Of a stretch of 64,000 nucleotides of DNA, positions 17,449 to 32,533 are shown one piece after another. The DNA is from Balanoglossus misakiensis (lineage: Eukaryota; Animalia; Hemichordata). Position 1 is the first letter of the stretch; the number at the start of each line of letters is the position of its first letter. A model generated the notes under the pieces. That model did not search any database. It saw only the letters and a list, made by a program, of their open reading frames with translations, and was not told the DNA's origin. A program made the position numbers and the translations under genes. Location: contig CM082586.2 of NCBI GenBank assembly GCA_040954595.2, forward strand, positions 4,719,125 to 4,783,124, read 5' to 3'.

Positions 17449-20400
17449 TTAAAACATTTATACTTGAGGTTACCCTGTCAAGGTCAAAAACACATTCACA
17501 CGCGTATACACCTGCATCATATATACAACACACCAATTCGAGTGTGATATTTAAACACTGTCTTCATGATATTTTCTACTGGAACAACTCTTACGGAAAT
17601 TGATAAACTACCTTGAATACCATTAAAAACAACAACATTTTTTTCACCGCTGGAGTTTTGGGCCGATCTAACGGCGTGGTCGGACCCATGTACAGGGAAA
17701 CACAAGAGGTGAAACGAGTTCATTTGTTTCTACATTTTTAATTGGGTGACATGCAATATTTTATAAAGCCAAATATTTCTCGCCGTCATTTCATTGGTTA
17801 GATTTTAGGCATTTATAACACACGTCACAGCAGTTAGGTAATTATAAGCACAGTTTAAAACCAGTAATGGTTTATTCACGTTAATTGAGATAGCAGATTT
17901 TTCGTGTTTTTTTTTAATTTTATCATCATGTTTGGGGAAAATCTATCCAACACTCCAGTTCATGTTGTTCATGATCACCACATTGAAGCGTTTTCGACTC
18001 GACTGTGATCGGTAGACGTACAGAAGTAAAACACGAGCAATACGAGAACACGAGGACGATTTTTTTGTATGTTTATAAATTTGAGTGTGGACACAAAATT
18101 GGGTATATCGCCTGCCTTTTGTAAATATCTCTATTAATTTATTACTACGTACGATAAAATAGACTGTTTTGACGATTCCATTTTAAATTAGTTTGTCTTG
18201 CTTGAAGTTTAGAAAAAGGAAAACGAGAAAAAAATCTCCTCTTTAAAATATTGTCCCCGCTGACTGTGTAACGTAGAAATCGATACGTTTGCGTACGTTA
18301 TTTCTCTGATATTTTGAATATGCCTCCCACAGTTCCTTGGGCCTTTCAACCTCGAACAGCATTCTGAAATATTTCCCTTATCGTGCATCAAGTTTGAACG
18401 ATCTCGTTGACATGCAATACTTGTATGTATTTTGTGGCCGTCGTCACGGTCTGAACGATACTGGGCGTCTAAAAATAGCCATCTCTGATCAGACCGCCCA
18501 AATACCTTGATGTCGCTGTTTCACAAGCCGCCATGACTACTGATCAAATTTTAAACTTTGGCCTTTTGCATAGAAAGAGGGCAACTTGGCCCAGTCGTTT
18601 TCTGAATGCCAACGACTGCGTGGTTCATCGCGCTATTATTATGAAAACCATGCCGCTAAATTTGGGCACGTTTACGAGAACACGCGGTTACCATCACACG
18701 GCTCCTGTTTCTCTTCAGTTGAGCTGCCACGCACGAAGATGTTTTGTCTCTCGGCAAATCTACATACAGGCCCCTTATTGCATTCAGCGTGCACTTTTCT
18801 ACAGCGCCATGGCCCTCCCCGCAACACTGGCGAAATGTAAAGGCAGCACTAATTGGAATGACCCATGCATTATCTACCTCTGCCAATCTGCAATACCCAC
18901 GGGCTCTCTCACTGTCTGAATCGTATTCCCGCGCGCGCCAAAATTACACGGACATCATTATCACACGACAGTCTCAAGTTGTCTGCAGCATATGCGAGGG
19001 GAACATGGGGTTCAGGTTGATGTCGGAGATTTTGCAGCATATGTAATTTTTGCAGCTCGTTCTGATAGGACTTTCCTTGATAACGCAGTCTCTACGCGCT
19101 TAAAAAACCGATGGCAGTAGAAAAGAATGTACCTCCCCGTCTGACCCACCAAATTAAGCAATGCCCGCATATCAAAATGTTCGTGTGCAAACGAACGACC
19201 CGTTACTTTGTCAGGTGGAACCAAGTAAAATGGCGACCACTGTTACAATGGGGTATACACGATTTAAAATGCCATGAACTGGTGACATTGATCAAATTAT
19301 GACCTGAACACGGAATTTGACCTTGTGTTACGCCCGAAAGAAAATAGTCTGTGCGTCGCATAGTTTTGTATTGCTACCCGTCGTTCGCGATATAACTTCA
19401 TCTCATTATCCTTAAACACGAACAAACTCCATTAATTCTGGCCACCGTTTTGTATGAAACACTTTGATGTGAAGTAGCTAGCTAGCCCGAGCCCAGACGT
19501 AGTGTTAGTTTTTTTGTTTTCTAAGCGTTGCCATTGTCGTCTGCTCAAAGGCGCGAGACTTTTCAAAAACGAGTTCACAGTGTTTGTATCATCACAAATA
19601 CAAAACCCAGAACTTGGATGCATTTTCCGTATTTGTACAAGACTTTTCTATATTCGAAACGAAAAGTTGATTTTATTTATTTATTTATTTATTGAATCTG
19701 CCATTTGCAAGGTCATTTGTCCGATTTTACACAAAAATCCTCAAGTCAAAGCTTTAATTTTTTATGTTCACACACAACACCCAGCTTCACGCATTCTGAT
19801 GAGCTCAGTGTCAGTTTATAATTCATGGTTCTAGTAACGCTAGTAGTTTTTCAGACAGTTGTAAAAAAATTTGATATTTCCAAGTTTTTTCATTCCCATG
19901 TTAAAATAAGTCTTAAATGGTGTATAGTGACATTTTCATTTTACAATATTGGGAGCAATGGAAACTATCTTCTGGCTTCAAGTTTTGTACGGAATAAAAT
20001 GGTTAAAATTCTCAACCTTGCTGGTTTCATTCTATGTTATTACGCCTTTTGGCGCTTTTTTTACTAGCCTATTTTGGCACCCGCATTAATCTGTCTATTT
20101 CAGTGCCTCATAAGTGGCTCGATAACGACGCTTACGAGAAACGGGCTTTTGAAATATGCTGTAACTGCCGACTTGTGATGACAAATATGCCTGTTGAAAG
20201 ATCTCCAAAAGATATCGCGAGATCATTTCATTTTAGCGATATCGTGCGAGATTTGTGCAGTTAAGATCTTCAGTGAAGTGGTGTTTTCTATTTTTGTTGT
20301 TTTTTTTAGTGAAAAAAATAATCCCCGTTCCGCCATGCTTCGGAAAAGCAGACCGAATTCGGAGCTAAACTCTGGCGGTGTCGGTATGATGTAATCACCA

Positions 20401-23400
20401 GCATTAGTGGGGGCAAATTTTATAACAGACACTTAATAGTGATGTAATTATTCATTGCTGAGTCATTTTCAAGAGGTTATGCTTTCAACTGAGATAAATG
20501 TACAGGGTCGTTGGCATCGCCCTTTACTTGTCAATCTTGTGCACAGAAGCATATCGCGGGTACCGACTACGAGTCGTGCGTTCCTCCTCCCCGGGGTTGC
20601 TACACAATATATTACATTGCCTTTTATTATTTTAGCCACTTGTGCAGTGAGCGCGCTCTTCAAATATCAGATGCCTTGTTCTATGCTAGTTAAAGTTGTA
20701 CAATACAGCCACCTATGCAAATTCAGCCACAGTTACCATGGAAATCAGCGATATAGCCAATCATACATTTGCACTCGGTGTCCACGCGCAAATTCGGCTA
20801 CACTACAGGCTCAATCGAAAACATCATGGGAATATGTAAATTAGAGAAAATCGTAACACTTTTAATCCATCATTCTTTTTGGCGCGCGGTTGTAATTATT
20901 CTCAATGTTAACGAGGCCGCGCATTTGGCATAAATTTCAATACTCGCGTAGTGATACGCGTATCAGTCTTAGCCGGTCGTAATTATGTAATGTCCCTGCC
21001 TTGTCAAATATTCCACGCATGAGACCGTCGTGTTAAGCTTTTTCTAATGAATACACGCGTAACAGACAGACGAATAAAATGCTTATGTGTTTGACCTGTT
21101 GCATATGCGTGCGTTTGTCGCGCGGTTAAAATATGACTGGACTGTTTTGGCGAATTACAGAAAATCCCACTGCCTGTCATGAATTCAAAAAAAAGTCCGT
21201 CTGTCTGTAATAGAATGTCGATGTATGTTTGACATTTTCGAACGTGATTACGAATTAATAAGCGTCATTGTATCGGGTTTCGCTGGAAAGGTTTTAAGAT
21301 GTCTCCGTCATATTTCTTAAGAATATTTCGCAAGAGTTTCATTGTAATGAAAACTGTCTGACATTTTCGGGACTCGGAGAACTAAACATCGAGAGTGAGC
21401 ATAGGAAAGAGTATTTTCGTTATTCTAAACAAGATGAATCGCAGACAGATACGCAACACCGCATTTATTTTTTTGGCGCGAACCATTTTGCTAACCGCCA
21501 TTTTCTCTTCGCGTTTCCTTCCCGCAGAATTATTTGCAATTTTTCAAGCAGGTGAAACCGTTTCATTTCCTGTCAGATTACAGCGGAAAATAACCACATC
21601 AATAATTCAGGAATAATATATACGAAATTGGGATAGAATCGGAAATATGTAAATTGTCGGCGTTTGGACAACGGGGGTGTCAATATTGATGTAAACTATA
21701 CGGGTTCGCCATTTGCACACGAATCCGCCGCCAGAAAATACACGCGTACAAGTAGGCAGGGTCAAAGTTCAGCCGCTTGTGGCGAAACGCGTCACTGCCT
21801 AATAATGAGAAACATTCTCTCCGCGATATGGCATCGTTTGTTACGCAGAAACGTGTAAACTAAGTCTCTGCTAATTATATGACATCTTACAAGACTCACG
21901 GCATTACAATTGCCCTGGAAAAATATTGAAAGGACCCTCTCGCATTTGAACCTGTTCACGATTACTTTTCATGGAAAAGTCAGCTCTCATCCGGGTATTT
22001 CTGGTGTCATCAACTGACATTTTAATTAAGCCCGACAGACTACCAGTATGTCAAGCCGCAAACCCCCAAATATTTAGATATTCGAACATTTGGCCAGAGT
22101 GTGTGTAAATACATACATACTTCAATTCACTGACAGCTCGTGCACAGCCCACGGGCAATGCTGTAATAATATTATGTCTCTGTTATTTGGTGTTATTGTT
22201 TTTTAAATCATAAAAAAATGTCGGCAACAGTTTATCGCTCCTGGGTCGGGTGCATATACTGCACAGTGCACGCACGGATCACATAGTAATTTGGGAACTA
22301 TCTACCCAGAGAGGCCCCAGTGTATGTTAGTTCAAATTACGTTCACGTTGATTAAATTCGTGAATTTGTTTGCTCTGTATTATTCCCGCCATTCTGTGAT
22401 GCCCAACAAAGCGGGAGTCGCTCAACCAATATGAATGATGGAATAGGCGACTTCAAAGAGAACGGCACCTTGTCCTGTACTTAACTGCAGGGGAGGGGGC
22501 TTCCTTCGGCTGTTACACCCCCTCCCCACACCCCTCCCCCTAATAGTGACGGAGACACCCCCCTCCCCTTTGCACATTTCCAGCAGAGGGGATTCTTAAT
22601 AGCACCACAGGCAGACTGTAGTGTTTCTCTCTGCTACAAAAATAGCACCCGTGATTGCACCGGCGGATAACAGACCACTCATTTCACCCCAGTGTGCGAT
22701 TGTGGAGATTAATCCGCGCTAAAAATAGAACGTTTACATTGTGTCAGAAAAAGACAAATCGCACGAGTACATTCGCGCTCGCCTGATATAATTGTGTTGC
22801 GTTATCGACATCGGAAAATCCGTCCTTTTATAAGCGAACCCGATACGTACTCAGCGACAGTGTACATCTCCACATCATGACAAGGCTTTCCCTCAGTTAT
22901 AGTTGTGCCGGCTGTTAGACGGTAATTTCGCGGGACAGAAACGCGTATTTTTTTGCTCCTGACAAAACAGCGTGGATTTAAAGGGTGGTGATCGTCTTGT
23001 GTGCGCATGTGCCAAACTAGTGACTCTGGTTAATTTAAAACAATTGATTACAATCAATGCCAGTATTTGATTGCGTCGAACGCAAAATTTGCAGAACATT
23101 TGGATTGGACGTAATATATATGTATACACGAAAATACGCACATGCGCATAAAAAGATCGCGAGCCTGTAGCGCTGATGCTGTTTCGTGCCCTATTGGAGT
23201 TTTTCGGGATTTTATCCACTTTCGTCAAAACAAAGCGCGCCCCTGCCAACCCCTGCCACGCACACACATACCAAATTTACGAAACTTACGGCGCTGTGAC
23301 GGTTGATCGGGCAATAATTGATGATTCATTATTGGTAATAGCTTAAGCCAGCGTGAGAGCTTAAAAAGTTTCGCAAACATTTGCTATAAATAGAAACTGT

Positions 23401-26400
23401 TAATATCGACCGAGCTTTTTTATGGTTTTGAATGATGTAAATGTTATGTAAACAACGTCTTTCGGGATTTACTACTGATTCGTAGCAAGGTCACTGTTAA
23501 CATGTAGATGAGCTGCTGTTTTTGAGGGGCCAACACCAGTTGTTGCTTATATCGCTATGTTATAGCAGAAAACGAGGCGGACGTGTGAAAAAAATACCGC
23601 GAATGCGGAGTTTTTTTCACCGCAGCACCGGGAGAATAGTTTTGATTTACTGCGAAACGCACAAATCTGCGCCGGTTCTATTTGCGATACTCTGGAGACA
23701 ATATCTGTAATTGCCGACAAAATTATAAAAATACATACGGGAGATATGTGTGCCAAATGCAGTTATGAATTGCATGCATGTCTAGTCTGCGGAGGCGAGA
23801 CTTGAAAAGAGACGCTCCCTCGATTGAAATATTAAGCCACCCGCTGCGTTATAAGAGACATACAAATATTAGTCTCCCAACGTCTTTCAATAGCAACGGA
23901 ACCGCGCCGCTGAAACTTGCCTCCTCGGCGTCGCTGGTTTCCCAGTATTTGCCAATTTTTCATTGCCAAAACCCCGCGGTGTTTCCTGGGTAAAAAAACG
24001 GCATTACCTTTCGCGGTATCCTCAGTTCACCGAGAGAGCGTTGTGCGACGTGATGATTGAAAACGAGTGACAGGCCTGAATTTCAAAGGGAAAGAAAATC
24101 ATAACAATATGCAGTGAACCACTCGTTTGGTCGGGTGGATTCGGCATTCATGTTTTTTGTCGTCGCTGTGGCTCCCGCACGACAGATATCCGCATAATTG
24201 CATATCGAGAACTCGAATACTTGAAACGTCCCTCTTATCGCGTGTGTATTGCCGCCGACTCGCCATGCAGACGAGAACAACACAGGCATTGACATTCTAA
24301 AAAAAGAACGGATAGTTACGCTAAATTGAGTGCGTGTCGGCGAGGCAGCGACAACAGAAAAAAGGCGCCAAACTTCACGACAATTCCACGGGCAATCGTA
24401 CACGTTCTTCCGTTAATTAAACATCAACTGTTTGACCAAGCATTTTAACAAGGTTCGCATTTATATGGTAGCATGTCACCGTTATATGCTCGACATCAAG
24501 AAATTCATTTTTTCCCTTCTGTTTAATCATCATGAAGACAGCAACTATGAATACTCAGACCGTAAAAATCAGTGACATTTCCGGTCAAATTTGATAGTCA
24601 CCGCGGCAAGTCATTCCGTACTACAATATTCAACAGACGACACTTTTTGCAAAATGCCATTTCGAATTATTAATGATCTTTTTTGAAAAATAAAATATTT
24701 CAGCCAAGTCCAGCAAAAAAAAGAACGACAGTATTCATTATGCCATCCGTTGATTTTTTCTAAAATGTCCAATTCCCTTTATGATTTTTTTTGTGAGTCT
24801 GTCAAGCACGTTGCCCCTGGAAACGGTTCCCCGGGGAATGGTATTTTTGTTGAAAGACTCCTTCGTCCGTTCCTTAAATGAGACACATTTCCTATCGCTA
24901 TTAGATTCAATTTCATAAGGAGGGTTTACTAAAAGCCGTGCTTCTAAATATAGACGGCGGTGTTCGAACCAATCATAACCGATATGCACGACTCGACACG
25001 TTTTAAATGCAAACTCACCCTTTTTCTTGGAACTGTGTGTTGGGAAAGGGGAGGCAGTGCTAAATTTATAATCCGAAGCGTTTTGTAATGTTCTATTTTA
25101 ATGACTTAGTCTCGTAGCGCATTCCATTTCAAATGCATCCTCACAAAGTACCCCCTTTTTGATTCATAACAAGGCTATTCACTGCGTATTACCTCGGCCC
25201 TAAATAGAAAACACACAATTTACGTCAATAAATCCTACTCCGAACAATTGTCTGTCAGAAGCCCTGCATATTTACGCCAAATGTACATCTTATGTAAACT
25301 CTGCCCAACTCAATTAAAATAAATCTGAATATTGCGTCCATCTGTTCTGAGCCAAGTGGATTTAATCAGTTCATCGATTGACAGGATCTTGTGTAATGTA
25401 ACTCGTGATGGAAAGATAGATTTTAACAAATCAAACAAATATATCCGAACAGCGTAGATTTACAATGAGATTTTTTTTAAGTGAGGTGAGTTGCAGATTT
25501 TCAATAACAGTCTGTGTTTGACTACAACACGACTTGTCTTTCAATGTCAGACTGTAAGCATCCGCCGCGTATTTGAATGTTGTATTTTTTCAAGTAAGCT
25601 TCGGACTCACGTTGCAAGGCGAGTTTGAACCACAGTTTGTCTGTGAATTATACCTCAGCGAGGCTTGCATTTCGCCATAAACGAGCGAAAGTCACCGTCT
25701 GCTGTGTTTGGTATGTTCTGTTTCGTGTGTGCAGTTGTCAACGGCTGGTTCACTGTAAATTAATATGCTGAAATGCTGTGTTATCGAGAGCCACACTCTC
25801 GCCTCGGTTACAGCCTGAAACTGGGAATACTCCGATTACATTACGTCTATCTGACATTTTGATGTGGTACAGCATCACCGAAGTGCGTATCAGAGGTGTT
25901 AAGGCGATGTGATCTACTCTAAATTGAAAAGATCTTCATTATTTTCCTGGTTTTTATATGTAGTGTATATCAGCGAATTTTAAACACAAAATGAAGAGGA
26001 AACGTGGCGTTTCAATCCTACTTTTTCAGTTAGGGGTCCCAAATATTCTGTAAAATGATGACTCAGCATTTTTCTGGGTGACCAATAGTTTCATAAGCTG
26101 AACCTATTAAACACAAGGTTTCAAGTTACCAAATCCGAATTAATCAAAATAGTTGAATAACGCACAAAAAGAGTGCCGTTGTCCCGCAATGACCCTGGCA
26201 TCGGTCGTTGGTCCCCGCTAATCCCAGACGTCAACACAGCCGGATCAATCGCACGGCTTAAAGGGTGGGTGTCGTCCCGTCTGCGGCTGCGTGTCCCACA
26301 CAACTTGAAACGCTGTTGCTAGCAAGTCAAAGTTGATGGAAAACTTCGAAATTGACTATTTAAAGTAATTACAACCTGATAAGTAAATTTTGTATGTATA

Positions 26401-29400
26401 TGGGCTTAAATTGTTATCGAACATCTTAAACAAGGCACTCTAGAAAGCCCCCGGATGTGAAAGAGTAAAACCATGTCTATTCGGATCTTCCAAAGACCAA
26501 ACACTGATCGCGGCGACCGAGCGCCCTTGTCAGTGTACTAACGGCGCTGACTCTTGAAACGCGTGTCCGTCAGCCTTGTGTTCCTGGACCACTGAGAAAC
26601 ATTATTCCAGTAAACGAATTTACTTGCAAGATAAATTTGATTAAAAACGACCTCGAGCATTTGAACTTATAAAATGGACATATTGCCACAGTCAGCGATA
26701 TGAAAGCGGGAAACGTAATTACAGTATTGAACATTATCAACTCGAAACCACGTGACCATCCTGAGACACGGAGTGTACAATTTAAGTTCTGTCGAAACCT
26801 TGACATGTTCTGATCATTCTGTGTGTAATTTTGCATAACGAGATATCGACTCAAGCTTATGAGTAACCAGTGGTTTTAACTTTGAGGGTTTTAGCGTGGA
26901 TTTAGCTGTGTGTAGTGACAGTAACAGACAATACAAGTTTATTTTGTTTTAAACACCAGTCCAACCGATTTTTCACGAATTTAACAACAACAAAAAACAC
27001 CACGCCCCTGTGTGTTGTGAGGTTTCCATGGCGACTGTGATTGGTCGTGATTTTTTCCTATGGCGACCCAATCCCAACGAGACCACATTATCACGCGCAA
27101 TGACGAAACAGCTGTGATAATTAGCCACAAATCCCGCGAGGCGTCCGCGCTTGCTGCCGTGTTCCGTTGATAGGACAGACCACGGTACGGGTCTCGTCGA
27201 AGTCGAGAGCCACAAAACACAACATCCGCTCGAACAAGAAAAAAAATGTCAGCGTGACAAATCGTTCATTTGCTTTGAAAACACAACTCTCATTGGAAGC
27301 ATTGCGTTGTATTTATTTAAACAGCTATATGTGTTCGGGGGGGGAGGGGCGACTTAAAGTACACTAGACACCGTCGAATGTATGCAACTTGAAGGCAGAG
27401 AGCGCTGCTGTGTAGTGCCATCACTTAGCTGCATCGTGACATATGGCCTTGTCGGTGTTAATAGTCTGTCTCCGTATCTTGGAATCAATCATTGTAATTT
27501 ACATCGATTTCATGCAAGAAATCATCGCCATTACTGTTCCACTTGCTCTCAGCGTCAACGTTAGAAATGTTTCTCTCGGTGAAAAATTACTCCGTCCCCG
27601 CGCGGTTCAACTGGTGTTCTCGTGTCTCGGTCCGACCTCGTTTCTTATTTATTTATCAGTAGGTTTTTTTCTGCGCATTTGAACGCAGTGCACCCTTATG
27701 TTATAATTCAAACAAATCGAGTGAAATATGTCGAACTTTGGCAACAGTGCTCTATCAAATACGTTTATATTATGAGTTATGTGTGGGCGCCAGGACGATG
27801 GATCGATCACCGGCGCGCGTGTTCAGCGAAAGGTACTTCGGGCCGCCTGTTGTCGGACCCCGGGGGCTAAAATCGGTAAAGCCCGGGACTCGGTCCTCAT
27901 TCAGACGTTCCATGAAACCACCGTTGTGACGGATGACAGACGGCTGTGGCTGAAAATCTACAAAAGGCTCAGCAGAACATGACGTGCACGACAGCTTTGT
28001 TTCACCTAAAAATATAACTAGTATACCAATTACTGGGACGAGGTGCGCATGCGTGATCACTGGCAACTTGCAGGTGGGAAACTGTGACGACATGACGCAC
28101 GTGTTGCCATGGCGACATTTCATAAGCTGTTGCCGAATTGCCTGAAGGGATTCGCTCATTCATTGTCTAAATTAAATTGGGACGTGATGAGTAGCGTCAC
28201 AAAAGGCCAGGAATAATCCATCGGAGCAAGCATCCTCTAAATTATCATCATCCGTAGCCCCGAATTTTCAGAGCACAGATTATTGCCACCTTTGTATGAA
28301 TTTTTCAAGATGGCGAGTATTCCCCCGACGGCGGACATCTCCAACGGATCAGCGGTCTTCATTCCCGCTATCTTCGGCTTTATCTATTCGCGCACTGACC
28401 GAATCTAAACTGCAAATCAAGTGTTACCGAAGAATACTACGCGTTTTTTCCCTCGCTTTGTCCCTGGTGTATATGGTGCAGCTCCGTGGTAACCAGCGCG
28501 AGAACTCTCGATGGTGGCTCTTGATGCAGTCACGTGGTCACGCTATTTTTAGCACGCTCCGTATACTACTGGCACTTCACATTAATTACTTGGACCTACT
28601 TCAGAACGTGCTCTGTAAGCGTCGGTGGTCGAATCTGCCAGATATGGTAATTTGGGCGGGCATCTGGCGTAGGCTGCGGGTTATAGAATAAATATCAAAG
28701 ATTCACGGCTTGTTGAACCTACTCGGACTTTTTCGTTAGCATGTAACAATCGTACTCAAAGATGTTGTTTTCATGTTTATTTCACCGAAAAGACAGAATC
28801 GTTTGAACGACAAGAAGGATCTGTGTAAACAAATGAGTGCGCACATATCAACGCGACTTGTCAAAGCCGTCAAATATGAAACATGAATTACGAGAGGGAC
28901 GCTATATATTATTGAAACAATATATGTTACGACATATTTTTTCTTTGAAAAGTACACTAGGTGAACACCGAATTTAGAGATATCAAATATTAAGTAATAC
29001 CGGATTAAAAGTGCTGGCTGATAGTTGAAATTCGAAACGACTGATCTATTGACTAAGCTCACCTTTCAAAATGATTCCACCATTTGTAAAGGTGGTAAAT
29101 TTGGACTATATTTTTTTATTTGTACGTTTCTTTGTGGCATTTTTACTTGATAACGTAAACATGTACATGATAATTTTGTTGTCCAAGAAGCAGTACTAGT
29201 ACAGTGTTCGAGGCAGTTTATTTATGAAGAGAAGCAAGGCAACATGGGAGACAAACGGGAGAATGTTCTGGCTATCATTTCCTGTTCGAAACCGCAGGGT
29301 TTTGTTGTCGGAAGCACTTTTTATAATTAATGAGGACACGTCTTTGTCGGCATACGCTGCACACCGAAATGGGGCCGTTCCGGCGAACGAGCATATTGCA

Positions 29401-30583
29401 CGGACAGACTCGGTAATCAGTGTATTATCCCCCTCGCAGCCCGTGGCCTTGATTGTGTACTCTCGGCGACCTTCACGGTAGATGGATCAAATCGGCCGAC
29501 AGCGTTCACCTCGGCGACCCCTGTCCGTTCAGCTGTCGCCGTCATAAATTTAGATATTGAAAAACTAACAGAGATGGTGTATCCCGGGCCATAAATTTTC
29601 GTTTAATCAGACGAACGTGATAAAACGGAGGTAAACAAACGTGGCTGTGCCTGCGTGAATTCTTTTGCGAATTGGGAATTTTGAAGTAAAATCGATTTCC
29701 CGCCTTCGGAATGACATTTTGCGTATTACCAAAAAATTGATAAAAATTACAGTTCGTGGTGCCTTAAATTCTGTGCATTAATACTTGTATTATATTCCAC
29801 TCTAGGGTAATTCTTAACTTTTCAAATTCGCTCTCTTTCATGGTGACTGACGTGCACTCTGACCCGTCCCGGTTACCCTTGCCTCTGTTTACACCATATG
29901 CAATACGCTTGTGGCCGTTGATTGTGAATTGTACTATTAACGATGATATCCCTTATGGAGAATAACCTAGATACAACACAAACTCATATAAAAAATCCTC
30001 GTTTATGAATCTCATATGCACCGAAGGGCAAAAGTAAAATAGGAATATATTAAAACGGAAAAAAAGAGAAAAAATCAAAATTGCAAGAAAAAAATATATA
30101 GGCCTAGAGTGTTTTTATTCAGCTGCAAAAGCATGGATGTCTCTATACAAAAACTAACTGCACATAAGGTATTGTGTACTGTTCTCTTTTGACGGCGTCG
30201 CTCTCTATAGCAAAATAACCCCGGCATGCTTTGAAAAGCTCTTCAGCGGGGAAAGGGGGAGTACATTTCCTTTTCTTCATTTGATGAAGTATTTAGTCTC
30301 TCTCAATACCGCGGAAATTGCGCCCACGGTGGTTCCCCAATAGTGCGAGTTGTGTAATATCATCGGGCATGGCTGCCGTTTTTTGTTCGCGTGTTCTACA
30401 CATCTGGTGCACAATGTGCATTTGTGTAGATTCATAGAGAAAATTCCGCTTGTGGCTGTTATGAATAGCACTGAGACCTAATAGCTGCAGTGCGGGTATA
30501 ATGTAGTATGCACGGCATGCGTAGATGTGGTGTAGATGTATGTATATGTGTGGGCGTGTGTACAATGGTCCGGGCGTAGGGCT

Positions 30584-30711
30584 TACATACATGCATGCGT
30601 ACATACATACATTTGTACATACATTTGTACATACATACATACATACATACATACATACATACATACATACATACATACATACATACATACATACATACAT
30701 ACATACATACA

Positions 30712-30743
<32 letters not shown>

Positions 30744-30772
30744 GACAGACACACAGACAGACACACACACAC
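30584..30772. repeat. (TACA)n microsatellite followed by (AGAC)/(AC) repeats
   Basis: Directly visible; source of the MYVC/HTYI pseudo-ORFs. Confidence 0.97.
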
Positions 30773-32448
30773 TCAAACTCATGATCCACACGTCAGTGAA
30801 TAACTCGTGAAAGAAACCCTATCGTACTTGTTCCCCCTCGTCTGCGCCAAGTCATCCCAGTCACGGCCTTTTGAGAGTCGGTGTGAAAACCAACAAGCAA
30901 CATCATGATGTGTGCTTTCACCTGACGCTGAAGTAGCCGTGTCAACAAGACCATTTGCACGCCGCGCCAGCGCACTGGTGCGAGAGGAGGGAGAAAATCA
31001 ATACGTCCACACATAGAAAGAAGCTCGACCCTGCTGGATGATTGGGGATGTAATTTATTAACGCGGAATGTTTCAGCTGATTGAAATATAAGCCGTGAGA
31101 CACGTCTCCTCGGTTTAAAGTATTCAGTAGCGGTAATTTCCAGGGTGATGTCAGTGTGTCAAATCCACGCCCATTAAGTGTGGCCCTCATCACCCGATCG
31201 AATCCCTTTATACCACTCCGCGACACCTATAAATCATGCTATTTGCAACATATCGGTTTCGGGGACTCAATTTATCTTTCAAACGATTGTGTGGGGGTAC
31301 TTAACTTGACATAAATATCAATCGAAAGAAAAAATAAATCCACGAACTCCTTCTGTGGACAATCATCGCATGCTACTGCATTAATATTTATACTAAAGGC
31401 ATATTTAATATCGATATTGTCATGAATGTAGTAGTTAATTTCCATATTGGACTCCATGAGAAGATTATCTAAAGCTATAGTCATTGAGCAATTCGGATTG
31501 TGTCCAGGGCGCGCATGTGAAGAATCAAGTACCAGATTTTCTCGTCCGTAAAATTGCCATTTTACTCGGCTGGGCCATGCAAAATTCAAACTCGCATTAT
31601 TTTCGGGAAACTGCATTTTTGAAAACGATGTTCAAAATCATTGCGAGGCTACGATTGTAAGTTGATATTTTTTTTCAATTTAAGACAGCGTCAACTGCAT
31701 GCTAGTCGTTTAAGGGGGTTCTGCAATTTAAATGGCTGCTGTTGTTTCTTATGCAATAAAGAAAACATGCCCATACAGTCTCATCGAAACTTTCAATGAG
31801 GTCAGTGTACTATGAGTTAAGCAAACAAAATTTTGTGTGTTTTTATGTAAAGCTCCCGTGTCGAAAGAAAAATTAACTTTCAGAAAACAATACCATCTAG
31901 AAGTTATTTCTCTTGAATGATAAAATGCTAAAATGTAGGTTTCGCCTTGAAACATATCCTATTTCCTGTTTCGATATCCTAACCACACCATACCCAGCTT
32001 TACCAACGTGGATGCTTTAATGGGCTCCCATGTTGTCCTTGACGAGAAAAAAATGCTTGTGAAAAAATCTCGCAGTTAAAATGCATCACCGTCTTAATCA
32101 TGCTTTATGTGGATGGATGCCGTTACATAATCGTCGCTTGGGGACATGGACAGAATTGCATGAGGGACTGTTCAGTTAACATCAATAAGCGTGTAAAATT
32201 GAAACCAGTTTTTGCCCGAAGCAAATCTGTTTTCTATACCCACTGCTCAGGAATGAAAATATACTTATGGGTTCTGTGTGTCACATCCCGTAACATATTC
32301 CTTAATAAACATCTCATTTCAAAGTTTGGCAACAGCGAGAATTTTCACTAATTCTTGTTTAAAATAATACTAAACACCGACGCTAAAGTAGGTACTTCTT
32401 CCCGCAATTATATCCATGAGTGCCACCAAAAATTTTAGTATAATCAAC

Positions 32449-32481
32449 CACAGTCACTCCACATAGTGCGGAGTGACTGTG
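32449..32481. repeat. Perfect 12-bp inverted repeat with 9-nt spacer
   Basis: CACAGTCACTCC-ACATAGTGC-GGAGTGACTGTG. Confidence 0.85.
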
Positions 32482-32533
32482 AGCCAACCGAACCACACTG
32501 CAATTTATTTAACATCAATTTATATGTGAATGG

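Noticed and set aside
22977-26280. TTAAAGGGTGG..CGTC motifs at ~22978 and ~26258 as Kolobok-type ends
   Set aside because: Same orientation, short, and no matching opposite terminus found.
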